Positions 1-13,850 of a DNA stretch of 64,000 nt are shown here, in pieces. Every line of letters begins with the position of its first letter. Position 1 is the first letter of the stretch. Below the pieces are notes generated by a model. It was given only the letters and a program-made list of their open reading frames with translations, did no database searches and was not told the origin of the DNA. The stretch is from assembly GCF_009914755.1 (NCBI RefSeq), contig NC_060930.1; one strand, written 5' to 3'. This DNA is from the human T2T-CHM13v2.0 reference genome, Homo sapiens. The position numbers and the translations under genes were made by a program.

Positions 1-207
1 TCCTCCTGGCCTCCCCTGGCAAGTAGACTCCAGTGTCTGTCCTTTCCTTCTTCGTGTTTGTAGGTTCTCATCATTTAGCTCCCATGTGTAAGTGAGAGCA
101 TGCAGTACTTTTTTTTCTGTTCCTGCATTAGTTTGCTGAGAGTAATAGCCTCCAGCTCCATCCATGTTCCCGCAGAAGACATGATCTCATTCTTTTTTAT
201 GGCTGCA
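1..207 (-). mobile_element. L1 3'-end fragment (L1PB/L1MA-like)
   Basis: cctccagctccatccatgtt...tcattcttttttatggctgca, typical antisense L1 3' region. Confidence 0.85.
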
Positions 208-558
208 AAAGATGAACTTTAAGTTTGGTTAACTTATTCTTTTTTGCAGGCAGCAAAAGTTTATTGTTTAGTATCAATATAGTATGTAATTTTTTATATG
301 GATTCATTTATGGTCTGTATTAACAGTCTCACATATTGGTACAATATTGTACATAAAGTTTGGTAAGACATTCTCTTAGGACCTTGTCACACATTTTCTT
401 TAGTATTGTTGATATCATTTGCTTCCTGTGTTTAAAACGCAATTCAGAATGTGTTTTGAAATCCAGATAGAATATTGTCTTAATCTAATATCACAAAATG
501 AAAAAAAAAATTCCTTGAACAATGTTTTAAGTTGTATTGGAGGAAATAATTTGTCCTA

Positions 559-816
<258 letters not shown>

Positions 817-1174
817 TGGTTTAATTAAGCAATGAAGTTGTAATAACTGTTAGTCATAGTATAGATGGTATTTATAAATCAAATATAACAATAATTATTT
901 ATTTTTTATAAGAAAATGTCAGTCTGATTATGATTTTGATTGTCCCTGGGGACTTTGCTTTTCATGTAAATAGTTTTGTTTAGATTACTATAAGATTTGA
1001 GAATGGCACCTGATGGCTGTTTGCTTGCAGTGACCTATTTCATAAGTGATGCTTTGATTTCCATATCTGATTTTCATAAAGCAACCATTTATGATTAATT
1101 TAAAAGTTATAGTCAGTGCTGTCTTCAGCACCCCTTATGGTGTTTATGTAGCACGGTGTACAAAGCCTATAAAT

Positions 1175-1390
1175 GGTCAGAGTTGGAATCTCTGCTCTGC
1201 CACCTGCTGCTGTGTGATCTTAGACATGTCATCACATACCTCTGAGTGTTTCTGTTTCTTTATCTGTCTATCCAGGAGGATGATGATAGTATACCTCCCT
1301 CATAAGATTGTAATGAGGATGAAGTACAGTCACATTTGTAGCTTGCTTAGAACAGTGCCTGGCACATAGAAAGTGCTATGCAAGTATTCG
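1175..1390 (+). mobile_element. MIR
   Basis: MIR core and 3' end agaacagtgcctggcacatagaaagtgct. Confidence 0.8.
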
Positions 1391-1527
1391 ATTATTTAAA
1401 ATGTTTCTGATTATGGAAAAAGGCAGAAAAATATTTAATATATGAAGGTTTTGTTATCAGGGCTATTTTGAATTCTTAGACAAAAGCTTTGGCCTTTCTT
1501 TGTGAATGGTGGTTTATAAGAGGAGGT

Positions 1528-1690
1528 AAGAGCATGGCCTTCATTCAGGTCTCAGCTCTACTACTTCCTAGCTGTGCGGCTAGCTCTGGGCAAAGTACCT
1601 AACCTGTTTGTGCCTCAGTTTCGTCTTGTGTAAAATGGATGTAGTAATGGTATCTATATCATTGGATTATTGTGAGGATTAAATGCATCA
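1528..1690 (+). mobile_element. MIR
   Basis: gtgcctcagtttcgtcttgtgtaaaatgg...gtgaggattaaatg. Confidence 0.75.
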
Positions 1691-2714
1691 GTGGCTGGAG
1701 TATTCACTCTTATTAATAGTAGTAGTATTGTGGAATAAGTGTCTATTGTATGGAATTACTTGATCATTAAAAGTTCAGATAGATTGATAATAAAATCTTC
1801 TAGGCTTTAAACTTGTTGAGGGAGTAATAATTTGATAACATATTTAGTTTCTCAGCGATCTTTTTAACTCAGTGTTTATTTAACTTTCCATTTTATTTGC
1901 TGGGCCAATTTTCATAATTTCTTTCTGAAAATTGTTTGCATAATGGAGAATTTCCAGTTTATTAACATACACTATGCATGGTATTCTCTTCTTTATTTGG
2001 TAGTTTTATGTCTTTCTAATTTTTTTCTTTCTGTTTTTCTTGATTTGAATTGCCTAAGTTTTTGTTTTATTATTCCTTTCAAGGAACCATTGCTAGGAGT
2101 CATATATAATTCTTAATTTTGTAATTTTTCAAGTCATTTATTTTTATTGTTTTTTTACCTGTAAAACCTGTAGTTCAATGTGCATGTTTTGCTTATTGTC
2201 TTACTTTTTGTTAGTGAAAGAGAGCTTCATAAAATAAGTTGTTTTGAGAATTATTGCACATATTTTTATAGGTGAGATTGGCCTATAATGTTCTCCTTTA
2301 CTGTCTCATCCAGCTGTAGCCTCCTAAAATCAATGTAATTTTTCTTCTTTTTCATGTTTCTGAAACATTTTGAATAAGATTGTAACATAAAATTTATCTA
2401 TAGTGAAAATATGTTACGATTCTAGGCTTTCTTTTAACATCTTTCTTAGCCTTAGATTTCTTTTATCTTTTCAAAATGGTTTTTCAAGAACCATTTTGTA
2501 TGAAAGAGATTTGGATAGCACTTTGTCCGGTACTGGATAGCACCATCCAGTAGTTTACTGGTTGTCTTCACCTAAAATCCAGGGAGCTTTGGTCCGAAAC
2601 CAAGGCTTATAGTATCTGAAGACGTTTCTCAGTGACACTGGGGACCTCTCGGAGCCTAGTCAGTGGGTTTCCTCCTGCCTCTCAGTTCTTAATAGAGCCC
2701 TGGCTGAGTGCCTT

Positions 2715-3115
2715 ATATGGGGTTCCCTGGAAACAGACCCCGAGAGTGTTTTGTGCAAAAGGTTTGTTAGTGAGTATTCTTGGGAGCAACAACAGTGAGA
2801 GAGCAAAAGAAGCAGGATTGGGCAGACGGAGAAGCTGAGCTGTGATGTAGTTATAGCAGAGGCCTTAGCCCATCCCACAAGTTGTGCAGGTGGCGGTTCG
2901 GAGTTATCCCAAATTCAGGCAAGGGAACCAGGCTTTTGTATCTCTAAATTGACCAATCCTCGGATGTTTGCTGGGAGGGGCACATGTTCTCGGGCAAGGA
3001 AGCTCCCTTTGGCTTTGGACAGTTCCGGGAGAGGGAGGCAGCTTTGAGCATCTGCATTCCACAGGGAGAATGAAGCCCTGGTTCTGAAGGGCGCAAAGAA
3101 TGGCCCACCACAGAT
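2715..3115. mobile_element. Old ERVL-class LTR (LTR16-like)
   Basis: gggttccctggaaacagacc...aagaagcaggattgggcaga...gagctgtgatg motifs; subfamily uncertain. Confidence 0.55.
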
Positions 3116-3435
3116 TCACTATATTCAGCCAGATGTTTGGTCTGTTTTTCTTTGAGGGAAAATCAGACAAAACAAAAGAAACAAACCAAAATATCCCTTT
3201 ATGTGAGATTAGGCCACCTAAATTCAGTCTACTCTCTTGGTTTTGAAAATGAACCTGGCTCTTAAATTCTGCCTTCTTTTGTGATGTTTTGCCTGGGAAG
3301 TCATGAGCCTTTTTGATTTTTTGATTCAGTCTTCTTAAATCCAGAAAGCTTCCTTAAGTTATAGTTTTGATTATTATTAATACTTCTGCTTCATTTGTAT
3401 CTTTCTTGAAGGTAATACCTATTCTTCTTGGGCTA

Positions 3436-3770
<335 letters not shown>

Positions 3771-4846
3771 AAAATACTTAACAGCTCATTTGGTAACCAA
3801 CATGGCACAGGACAGTTAAACAGTCGTCTTAGTACTGGAGCGGGGTCCTGGAGGCTCCGTGCTGTAACAGAAGTTATGCTTAGATGCTGGATCTTGGGGA
3901 AGTCCCACAAGGGACTGACTACATGGTGGGGAGTAACTATTGCCAACCAATATGGAAGTATTTTAATATTTTAACAACTTTGGCATTTTGTGATGTTGTC
4001 AACATGTTTTTCAAGTTGAAATAGCTCACTCAGTCTCTCGTTCTGTCGAGTGTGCTATTTACTGCCTTTAACATGAATTTTAACAGCAGTGTCTCTTATT
4101 TTCCTGTGATTTCCTACATTGGCTTGTTCTCTTTTCATAGCCTATTTTTTGTTTTATAGAGTTTATTTCCCCTTGTGCATTGCTAACGTCATGAAACTCT
4201 TCTGTCTATAACTCAGTGCTCTTCTTCTGATGTTTTCTAGAACTTTTTATCAGAGGCCCCATGGTAATTGTTTTCTGTTTGATCATTTTTGCGTCCCGAG
4301 AAGTTTTCCCAAGGTCTTTTGTGAAGAACACTAAATGCTTAATGTTCCCATTTGAGTCCTGGCACAATTCCTCTTTCAAACCCAAGGCTGAAGGTCAGAC
4401 AGATGTGCTCCATTCTGGAGCCCTCTAGTGAACCTACAGGTGCCCACCAGTGTTCATTCTCATTTCCATTCCTCCAGTGGCAGAAGCAGCCCTTTCAAAC
4501 CTAGCCTGGCTGGGGTGGCCTGGGGTTGGGAGAGAATGCCCCTTGCAGTGTGGGTAGCATTTATTCTAGAGGAGACTTGAGAAACCACCCTAAGTTGCTT
4601 TACAATGTCAAGAGGATTTAAGACTCCGTAGGTCCATGAGGCCTGTTTTGAGTCTAGGAGCAAATTGATTTAAAAGACACGCATGCACACACACACACCC
4701 CTCTTAAAAAAGGATATTTCCCTCTCCCCCACCCATTTCTTCTGTTAATTGTGTTTAGTACAGTAGAGTATGTGTAATTATGAGCTTTTGGGGATGAATC
4801 CTGCTATGCTACTGAATTTGATCTTTGGGGACTTTAACTCAATACT

Positions 4847-4902
4847 TCCCTCCCTCGCTCCCTCCCTCCCTCCTTACCTCTTTCCCTCCCTCCCTCCCTC
4901 TC
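4847..4902. repeat. (CCCT)n polypyrimidine repeat
   Basis: Direct reading. Confidence 0.85.
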
Positions 4903-5524
4903 TTTTTTTGCTTCTGTCTTCTCTACCTGAATAAGTAGCTCATTCCTACCATTATGGAAGTCCCATTAGTAAAGAATTGAATAGTTTGACCTTCAAATTT
5001 AAATTGTTGTATTCCTGGGAAAGGTATGGTTTTGTTTTCCCTTCTGCAGCCACTCTCTCTCCTGGGTGGCTCATGTGTGGAGAGAACTGAATTCTACTTT
5101 ATAACATGCCAGATTCTCACCTCCTTTTGTCTGGCACTTGCCCTCCTGGGTCAGCCTACCACATGATGGTTCTGTTGGGCCCTAATGGAAACAGTCTGGT
5201 AGGAAGCAGGTTCTTACCCTCCATGGTATTAGAGATGTCTCTTTCCACCAAAAGACCTCATATTTGGTTTAGGTAGTGTTCATTGAAGATTTATTGTCTT
5301 GTTTCTCCTGAAACACCAGAGGATGTTTATTTCAGGATCATCTTTATTTGAAAAGTCTTTTTACAAAGGTATTTTCTCTGCATCACTTTCTTCTACCCTA
5401 AGCCAAATCAGGAATTTTAATACCTGTACTCAACCAGAAATGAGAGGCATGTGAGCAGATTTGATTTGCAGATTTCTACTTTGGATAATGACATTATTAT
5501 TTATTAAACTTCATTTCAAAAAAG

Positions 5525-6237
5525 TGTAGGGACAGAGGGTAAGCTTCCCCTCTGCCTTCTCTGAAGGTTCACTGAGATGACTGACAATAGATTAATAGGA
5601 GAAAGAGGCATACAGAATGTATTAATGTGCATAAACGTGGGAGTCCTGCAAATATGAGACTCAAGTCCAATGGTTGAAGCTTGTGACCCCTTTTCATAGA
5701 AGAAAGGAGAATGGGGGTGGGATTGGTATAGGCAGTTGTGAGGGGTAGTAAATAATTTTCAGGAGAAATGAATGAGCCCAAAGAACAATGGCCTGGGACA
5801 AAATTTCTCTGAGTTCTGTGGGAGGTTGCAGGCAGGTGAGGAGCAGAACTTCACTGTGAACAAATGTTGGTCTTACTATGTAGATAATGTCTCTTGGGTA
5901 ATCTCTTGGAGCTGCCCTGAGAAGAATAGATGAAAAGTCTCTCTGAGCATGGTGATGACTTTTAGTGGTTAAATCTTTCTTGGCTATTTGATGAGACTTC
6001 TAAGTTGGCAATAGCATTTCTTTTGGAAAGAAGTTTTCTTAGTCAGATAAGGAAATTCTAGAGAACTTCTCTCTGCACGTGGGAAAGAAGGGAACAGAGA
6101 GACCAGGGCATGGGGGAAGGTCAAAGGGAGACCTTGCTTCTGAGGCTTACTTCTGAGGTCTTTCAGTTTCCTTTAATTCAGAGCATTTAGCATGCCAAAG
6201 CGCCACATTTTGGGTCATTGTCCTCTGTAGCCTAACA
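5525..6237 (-). mobile_element. ERV1 solo LTR, MER39/MER34-like
   Basis: TG...CA termini and 4-bp TSD AAAG; minus strand starts TGTTAGGCTACAGAGG...GGCGCTTTGGCATGCT. Confidence 0.8.
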
Positions 6238-6994
6238 AAAGTCTGCAAGTATATGCTGTATTTATATAGCCTTCAAGTTTCTGATACAGTACAGTGCTGA
6301 ATAAATAATTGCTGAATGAAGAACTTTCATATGGTAAACAATAGAGGCAGGCCTTTATCACTAAGAATCAACATTTAAAAAACATCCTTGTTTGCTGCTT
6401 TTTTAGAGGGATGAAATAATGAAGTCAAAGATCCACAAACTTATTTTTCTTACTATTACTCCCATCTATCATTTTCTTCTGATATTAACGAGACCCAGCG
6501 ATTGATGTTGTTTTAATGATATAGTTCCACAAGTGCATTAAATTGCTTTCCAAGTCACCAAAGTGAGACTTCCATTTTTTTGTTTTTTTTAGTAACATTA
6601 AGTAGTTTATTTAATACCTGCTGCTAGTTTATATAACTTTTATTATCCAAATAATACGTTTATTATAGAACAATTAGCAAATACAGGGAAGCAAAATGGA
6701 GAAAATCAAAATTATGTGTAATTTTATACCATTTTCTGAATGTGGGGACCTACTTTTTTAGACTGTTTCTATCTGAAGTGTACAAAATACTTTGTAACCT
6801 GCAGTTTGCATAAGTATTTATACTTCTTGCAACATAATGTTAAATATTCTCTCTGTGGATGGATGTAGCATCACTTAACAAACCAATCCCCTACTGTTGG
6901 GTTATCTAGGCTAGTTATTTTGTATTTCTGACTGTTATAAATGTTTTTGCAGTAAACTTTAGTAGTGATTAGGGTTAGGGGGGTGTGTGTGTGT

Positions 6995-7395
6995 GTAATA
7001 TAAAACACATAAAGTGGCTTATGTAAGGTAAAAGAGGCTTATTTCTCTTCCACATAAAGGAAGTACAGAGCTTGGTCCAGGATTTAAATGGTACTTAACA
7101 GTGTCAGGAAATCAGATTCCATTTATCTTGCTGCTCTGCCTTGCAGAGCACGTATTCCCAACACCATATCATGGTTAGAGGTGGTTGCTGGAAGGCTAGC
7201 CATTAAAGTACTATTCTACCCAGCAGGAAGGAGGGACATATTGGGGGAGTGGTGGTGGGTGTGCTGTCAGCCTTTAAGAGCACTTCCAAGTCCAATTAGC
7301 AGAACTCACAGGATGTTGTAGATTCCACTTCTGCTTATGTCCGTTAGTCATATGGCCACTTTTAGCTGAAAAGGAAGCTGGGGAATATAGTCTTC
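6995..7395. mobile_element. Old LTR (LTR33/MLT1-like)
   Basis: agtggctta...tatttctct...catatggccacttttagctg...gctggggaatatagtctt motifs. Confidence 0.5.
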
Positions 7396-9744
7396 ATCTC
7401 AGTACAGTTACATACGTACCAGAGACCCTCCACTGTAACTGACTTTGAGATGATTGTTAGCGTTCGTGCTTCATTATTTTCTTAAGATGAACTTCTAAAC
7501 TTGGAATTGTGGAGTCAGTGGATGATAACTCAGAAGGAATCTTTTCCAGGTGAGAGAAAAGACTTTTGCCCAAAGCTGCTCCTTGGAGTGTTTTGTGGTT
7601 TCTTTAGCATACCAGTGCATGATGAAGATAAGAATGGGAGACATTCTTTTATCTCGCTGGAAGGTGCCATCCATCCGATCTATCCAGAGAGCATCTGCTG
7701 ACCCTGTTGGAGGTGCACAGGTGCAGGGTCGGTAGAGGCACCTCTTACTGGGGCTTTGCCAGTGAATGTTTGAAATTTGAGTATAAAAGAGATCCTAACA
7801 GTACATTCCTTATACCGTGCAATATCTCATGGTGTGTAGGGCCAGGGATATTGGTGGTGCTGTGTTCTAAGACTGGAAGCTACTTTTCAGCTGGTCCTGT
7901 CTGACTTGTAGGTAGATTTGGATCTTCAAATTTGGCACACAAAAATCTTTTTATCTTTTTTTCAACAAAACATTGGTCTTTATGCCTCTTATTCATGACT
8001 AGAGGTCTTTAGTGTCTGTCTCTTTCTCATTCATATGTATAGGCCTCACTGAGAAAATTTTTTAAAAGTAGTGATTATTTGATTAAACATTAGACTGAAT
8101 AGATTAATTTGTTCATAAACATAATGAATATTATTATTTTTCTCTGCAGTATACTGTGTCCATTTTAATGTACTGTCACTTTTCTCTTAATTCTTATCTT
8201 TCCACTGTTGAGGATGACAGCTTTGGTTCTACAAATAAAATTTATCAGATTGTTGAATCAAGAATCAGGAAGGATGACCATTCCTTCCATATGGTAATTT
8301 TAGTTATTCGCAGTCAGCCTAAAATATTTTTTACTCACTGTGGAAGCACACAACCCGAAACCAAGTGGGGCAAGTGAGAAAAGAGTTTGATCACATACCT
8401 TTGGTCAATTTTCATCACAGAAAACTTCAGAAATATAGAAAACTTCTTAAAAATTTTCTTTTCCATGCATGTCAATGGTTTGAGAGGAGAGTGGTACGAA
8501 ATAGGGTCCCAGGCAAAGGGAGGTGGCTGAAATGTCTTTAGAACACGAGGCTCTGTTTCCCGAGGCATACTGTGCACATTTAAACCTACTCTTCCTTACT
8601 CTTGGCACTGAACCACCTACTGGAGCCAGAGTCTATTTGCATTTATTTTAGCCTATGTCATAACATGTTAAAACAAAAACCTGGAGTCACTTTTCTTTGC
8701 AATTCAAGGAATGCAGTACAAATTTGCTCAAATGAAGCTGCTTTCTTTATTCCTTTTGGATTAAAATCATAGGAGGTGGCATGCTGTGTGGCAGATAACA
8801 TCAGTTAGCGAGGAAGACTCAGCAAAAGGAAGGAAAGTCTTAATGCGAAGGAGGCAGAGTTGGTACTAGGATTGGAAGAGTATGTATATCTAGGCCTATT
8901 TATCGTATCAGGCTTAAAGACATGCAGAGGCAACCACAGACATAAGGGCTTTGGTGTTTTTAGTCATTTCCTTAGAATGGGTTAGTTATTTTTCTAAGGA
9001 ACAATGTGCGGAACATTAGAAATGAATTGTGACTAATACAGCTTTTAGCAGAAAATAAAATGGAAGAGTAGGTCTGCAGTGATAGAATGAACAGTGCTGA
9101 GTGTTAATAGAACATAAACAGTAATAGGATAAAGACTATGGCTTTGGAAAAGACTAATTATATGGCATGCACTCAGGATACAAATTATAAAGTCAGCCCT
9201 ATGGTATTACTGTAGTGTAGAATTGGAAATCTTACCATTTCATATAAAGCTGTCTTATAAAATATGTACAAATATTGTATTTCAAATAATAGCTAAGCTC
9301 TTTAGAATACCTGAGATTAAAAAGATGTTTTTAAGTTACTCCGTATTTTGCTACACAAAAATTCCTTAAATCTGGGCAATTCAAAAAGAAAAAGAGAATA
9401 AAAACAAACTTTCTGCTTTATGTATTTGGTTCATAATAGATATTCAATAAAATGGGATGAGGACCTGCACCTTTGAGGTTGATTGGATGAAATGTGGAAA
9501 GAGGGATAATGATGGCTTTTTAAAACATATTTGAAGATTTGAAATGTTTCATGTGGAGCAGACACTAGAATTTTTCTGTATAAGCTCAATGAGGTAGTAC
9601 CAGAACCAGTGGGTGTCAACTCCAATAAAATAGATTTTTGACTCAGCATAGTGACTTTCTAGCATTCAGAGCAATTCAAATTTTGGATTAGGCTAGTTTA
9701 AGAATAAACTTATTAGAAAACTGTAACAGAACAATAAGAAATAA

Positions 9745-11250
9745 ATTTTTTAAAAATTTACCACTTATAACAGCCTCAGGAAACATCTGATACATAGGAA
9801 TAAATTTAACAAAAGATGTGCAAGATCTCTACCTGAAAATGACAAAATATTAATGAGAGATATTAAAGAAGAGCCAAAGAAATTGAGGGATTTAGCTTCT
9901 TCATGGATTGGAAGACTCAATATTGTAAAGAAGTCATTTCTTAACCAAATTTATCTATTGGAAATTTGTCTAGTAGAAATAAGCCCTTTACAAAAGAGCC
10001 TCTCTATGTGGACAATAAACATAGGGAAAGATTATCATTAATCATGGAATGCATTTGTAACCATAATGTGATACCACTATACACCCACTAAACGGTTAAA
10101 AAGAAAAAGATAGACAATACCAAGCATTGGTGTGGAGGTGAAGCAATTGGAACTGTCATATGCTGTTGGTAGGTATTCTGCAGTTGTTTTGGAAAGCTGA
10201 CAGGATTTACCAAAGCTTAATGTACACACATGCTGCGACCTCAGAGTTTCACTCTTTGGTATATGTGCAATGGAAACACATACGTACATTCAAGAAATTG
10301 TTACCAGGAAAGGGTCGCAGTCCAGACCCCAGGAGAGGATTCTTGGGTCTCGCGCAAGAAAGAATTTGGGGCAAGTCCAGAGAGTGAAGTGAGGATGCAA
10401 AAGTGTATTAGGAAAGGAAAGGAATAAAGAATGACTACTCCAAATGGTTGCCCATTTTTGTGGTTATTTCTTGATGATATGCTAAACAGGGGGTGGATTA
10501 TTTGTGCCTCCCCTTTTTAGACTGTATAGGGTAACTTCCTGATGTTGACATGACAATTGTAAACTGTCCTGGCGCTGGTGAGAGTGTAGCAGTGAGGACG
10601 ACCAGAGGTCACTTGGTTTTGGTGGGTTTTGTCTGGCTTCTTTACTGCAGTCTGTTTTATCAGCAAGGTCTTTATGACCTGTATCTTGTCCACATCTCCT
10701 AGCTCATCCTGTGACTTAGAATGCCTTAACCATCTGGGAATGCAGTTGTCTCAGACCCAGTAGGTATCAGCCTCATTTTACCCAGCTCCTGCTCAAGATG
10801 GAGTTGCTCTGGTTCAAACGCCTCTGACAAAATAATCTGTACAAGAATGTTTGTAATAGCACTGTTTGTAATAGCACCAAATTAAAAACAACTCAGATGC
10901 TCATTGTTCATGATCTCCAAATAAATTATAGAGTATTCACAGCCACAAAAACCATACAAGAAAGAGAAGGTAACTTCTACTACTCACAACAATGTGGATG
11001 AATCTCAGAAACATGCTGTTTAGAGAAAGAAGCCAGATACCCAAGTTTCCATTTTAAATACAATTCAAAAAAGGGTAAATGAATCTATGGTGTTAGTAGT
11101 CAAGGAAGTGGTCACCCTTGACAGATGAGGTGCGATTGGAAGGGTGTGCTGGCCACGTTTTGTTTTCAGTCAGGGTGTTGGTTACATGGGTGTGTTCACT
11201 TTGTGAAAATTCAGTGAACTTTACACTTAGTGATTTCTGTGTCTTTCTGT
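9745..11250 (+). mobile_element. Old L1M 3' portion, interrupted by MER41
   Basis: ORF2 remnant SWIGRLNIVK; L1 3' motifs aatgtggatgaatctcagaaacat. Confidence 0.8.
10299..10829 (-). mobile_element. MER41 solo LTR (MER41A-like)
   Basis: Minus strand starts TGTCAGAGGCGTTTGAACCAGAGCAACTCCATCTTG and ends CCTTTCCTGGTAACA; TSD AAAT. Confidence 0.9.
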
Positions 11251-11547
11251 AGATCTTAGAGATATAAAAGCAAGGCTTTGTGATAGAATTGAGGTGTCCT
11301 TGTAACTGAGCTGGTGTGTGAGCAGAGAGGAAATGTATGGGAGGTGCCTTTCTTCTGAGGTGCTTTGAATACAGAGTTTTCAGAAAAGGTTTCTGTTCTA
11401 AAGGACCATAAGGAGACGACGATTGACAGCTCTAAGTCAAGCGTCCAGAGGACAAAAATCCTTTGCTAGAGAATGGCCGTTTTAGGAAAGCAGCCATAAA
11501 ACTAGCTTTGGGTTCAGAAGCTCTAACATAAATAGAATATTCAGTAG

Positions 11548-11603
11548 GGTTTTTTTTTTTCTTTCAAGAGATGGGACCTTGTCTTGTTGCCCAGGCTACA
11601 GTA
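11548..11603 (-). mobile_element. Very short 5'-truncated Alu 3' end
   Basis: Poly-T followed by gagatggg...gttgcccaggct, between TSD copies AGAATATTYAGTAG. Confidence 0.7.
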
Positions 11604-12231
11604 AGAATATTTAGTAGTTTTAATTTTGATCTGAACAAGTAAAAAATTACAAAAACATTTGCATTTCTGCTGTTTTATTTTTATTGCAATAATTTCATAT
11701 CCCTGTCAAAAAATTGAATTGGCTATTTAAAAAATCAGTATGATTAGTAAATAAGAAGTTAAAAAACCAAACCAAGCCCGAGACAAAAGGAGAGAGAAAG
11801 TATGCCAACTGTGAATACATGGTAAGCACAGGTGTTAGACGTGAGATGCAACTTGGCTGTTACCTTTACAACATCCAAAGCAGAAAGGGGAGCAAATAAA
11901 CAACTTCCTAGAATAAGACTAACTTTCCTTCCCATTAAAACTTTGAGGCACGTTTCTTATCTGAAGCATTAAAGAGACAACGTTGAACAACATAATGAAG
12001 CATGTCTTTAGTAATGAGTGCTGTAGCAAATGATATCAGTTGAATTTACAGGTTGTTTTTTATAGTGACCTTCAGTAAAGACAAAGAAGAGCCTATTCAA
12101 TAGTATAATGCTGAAAGGAACCAATGCTTTAACCACTCCCACCTCCAGTCTCGTTATCTGGGAGATGCACGGCATTTGGGGCTTTCTTGCTGCTTTCAGA
12201 GAGTGATTTCCCATTTGTTTTCATTGACCAG

Positions 12232-12401
12232 GTGCCCGGGAAGAACCCACCGTCCAGCAGGCACAGCGTCGGTCAGCTGTCTTTCTGTCCTTTAAGTCCC
12301 CAATTCCATGTCTGCCCTTGCGCTGGGAGCAGCAAAGCAAACTTCTTCCAACTGTCGCAGGAATCCCTGCCAGTAAAGTTTCCAAATGGAGCACAGACGA
12401 G
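12232..12401 (+). CDS. L3MBTL3: L3MBTL3 coding exon (third from last), start of SAM region
   Basis: Acceptor ttgaccAG|, donor |GTatat; 170 nt, phase 1-0; translates (G)AREEPTVQQAQRRSAVFLSFKSPIPCLPLRWEQQSKLLPTVAGIPASKVSKWSTDE, matching the recalled L3MBTL3 C-terminus. Confidence 0.96.
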
Positions 12402-12622
12402 GTATATTTTATTTTCTTTGCTGCCCGACACCAGATACAGGATTACTGGCTTAAGAGGTGTGGAACATTGAGCGTAGGTAGCGTTTAGTCTTTTTTTTTC
12501 TGAAAGAGAAGAAATTATTGTGAGAGAAATAACTAATGCATATGGGTTAAATGTTTTGAACCTGTAGCATTTAGATTCTGACTGTGTTTTTTAACTGGGA
12601 ATTTTGATATTGCTTTTGACAG

Positions 12623-12685
12623 GTGTCAGAATTTATACAGAGCTTACCTGGGTGTGAAGAACATGGAAAGGTATTTAAAGATGAA
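12623..12685 (+). CDS. L3MBTL3: L3MBTL3 penultimate coding exon (SAM domain)
   Basis: ttttgacAG| ... |GTAAGT; 63 nt, phase 0-0; VSEFIQSLPGCEEHGKVFKDE, in frame with both neighbours. Confidence 0.96.
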
Positions 12686-13850
12686 GTAAGTATTCCACTA
12701 AATTGCAATATGTTACTTAATGGGATCAAAGCACTGAAATGCAGTGGAAGGTGAAATGTGTGGAATTGGCAGAGTCAAAAAGAGATGGGGTGTGTTGAAA
12801 TTGACAAATTGATGTATACTAACAGGCAGTATGAATCAGTTGTATAAAAATGTCTTTGTATAAGATGAGATGCATAAGAATGTTTGTGAGTACCATTTTA
12901 TGATACCCCACAGCAGTAACACTAGGCTCCTTATAAAAAGAAAACCCACAGAACTTAATAGCATGCATTTATATAGTTTATAGCACAGAGGAAGCCAAAG
13001 AAAGAAAGAAGCAACATTTTCTCTTTTTAATAAAGTGAAATTAGTTTCCATTATTTTATTTTCCAGTGTCATTCTAACAACACCATGATTGACTCCATTT
13101 GAGGTTTATAATAAGTAATATTAGCATTATGTCTAAAAAAATCCCTTAAGTCATATACATTCCTCAATAATGTTTATAATAAGATATTTATCACAGTCCA
13201 CTTTTGGAAGATTATTTTATTAGTTGTTTTCAACTCCCTCTCCAAAACTTCAATATAAGGGGTGATTAAGAATGATATCACTTACAGTGAGCACTAGAAT
13301 AAAAAGGAATCTGGTTTCTAACTTTTAATTCTGTAAGCGTACAGCAGGAGACCCTTTTCAGTAGAGACCTTTAAAAATAAGCCACTTGCCTGTCATCTCC
13401 TCCAAGCAAAGCAGTCAATTACCCCTCTGATTTTGGCTGTGTCTACTCCTGCCAGAAGGCAGAAAGTAGACTGAGTAATCTCAGAAGGTGCTCTCCAACA
13501 TCTGCTGTCTACAGTTACACGCATACACAACTTGTTTGCCCCTATGTGTAAAGCTCAACTGTTAAGAACAGCACACTTTCCATTTCATTGCAGGAGTATA
13601 GACACAGCTAACAATCCAGCCACCAGTTGTCAGTGTTGTTATACTGTTAGGTATAATTTATGCGTTAGATGAAAGCTTGTTAAAATGCACAAGGATCTGA
13701 TTTCCAACATCCTTTTTCTGATTTATGTTCTTATTGTGCAAAGGTTTTATTTTCTCTCTGTTTGATCTTTAATTGGCAGTTATTCAGATTTTCTTTCCCT
13801 AAGTCCTGAGTGTCTTCACTGATACTCTCAATTCATTTTCTGTTTTTTCC

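Noticed and set aside
7608-8292. Exon-like AG...GT segments in the L3MBTL3 intron (about 7608-7720 and 8150-8292)
   Set aside because: Splice-like motifs only; no match to the recalled L3MBTL3 protein and no other support.
12187-12471. 94-aa + strand ORF over the L3MBTL3 exon
   Set aside because: Alternative frame of the real exon with a TTG start; no independent support.
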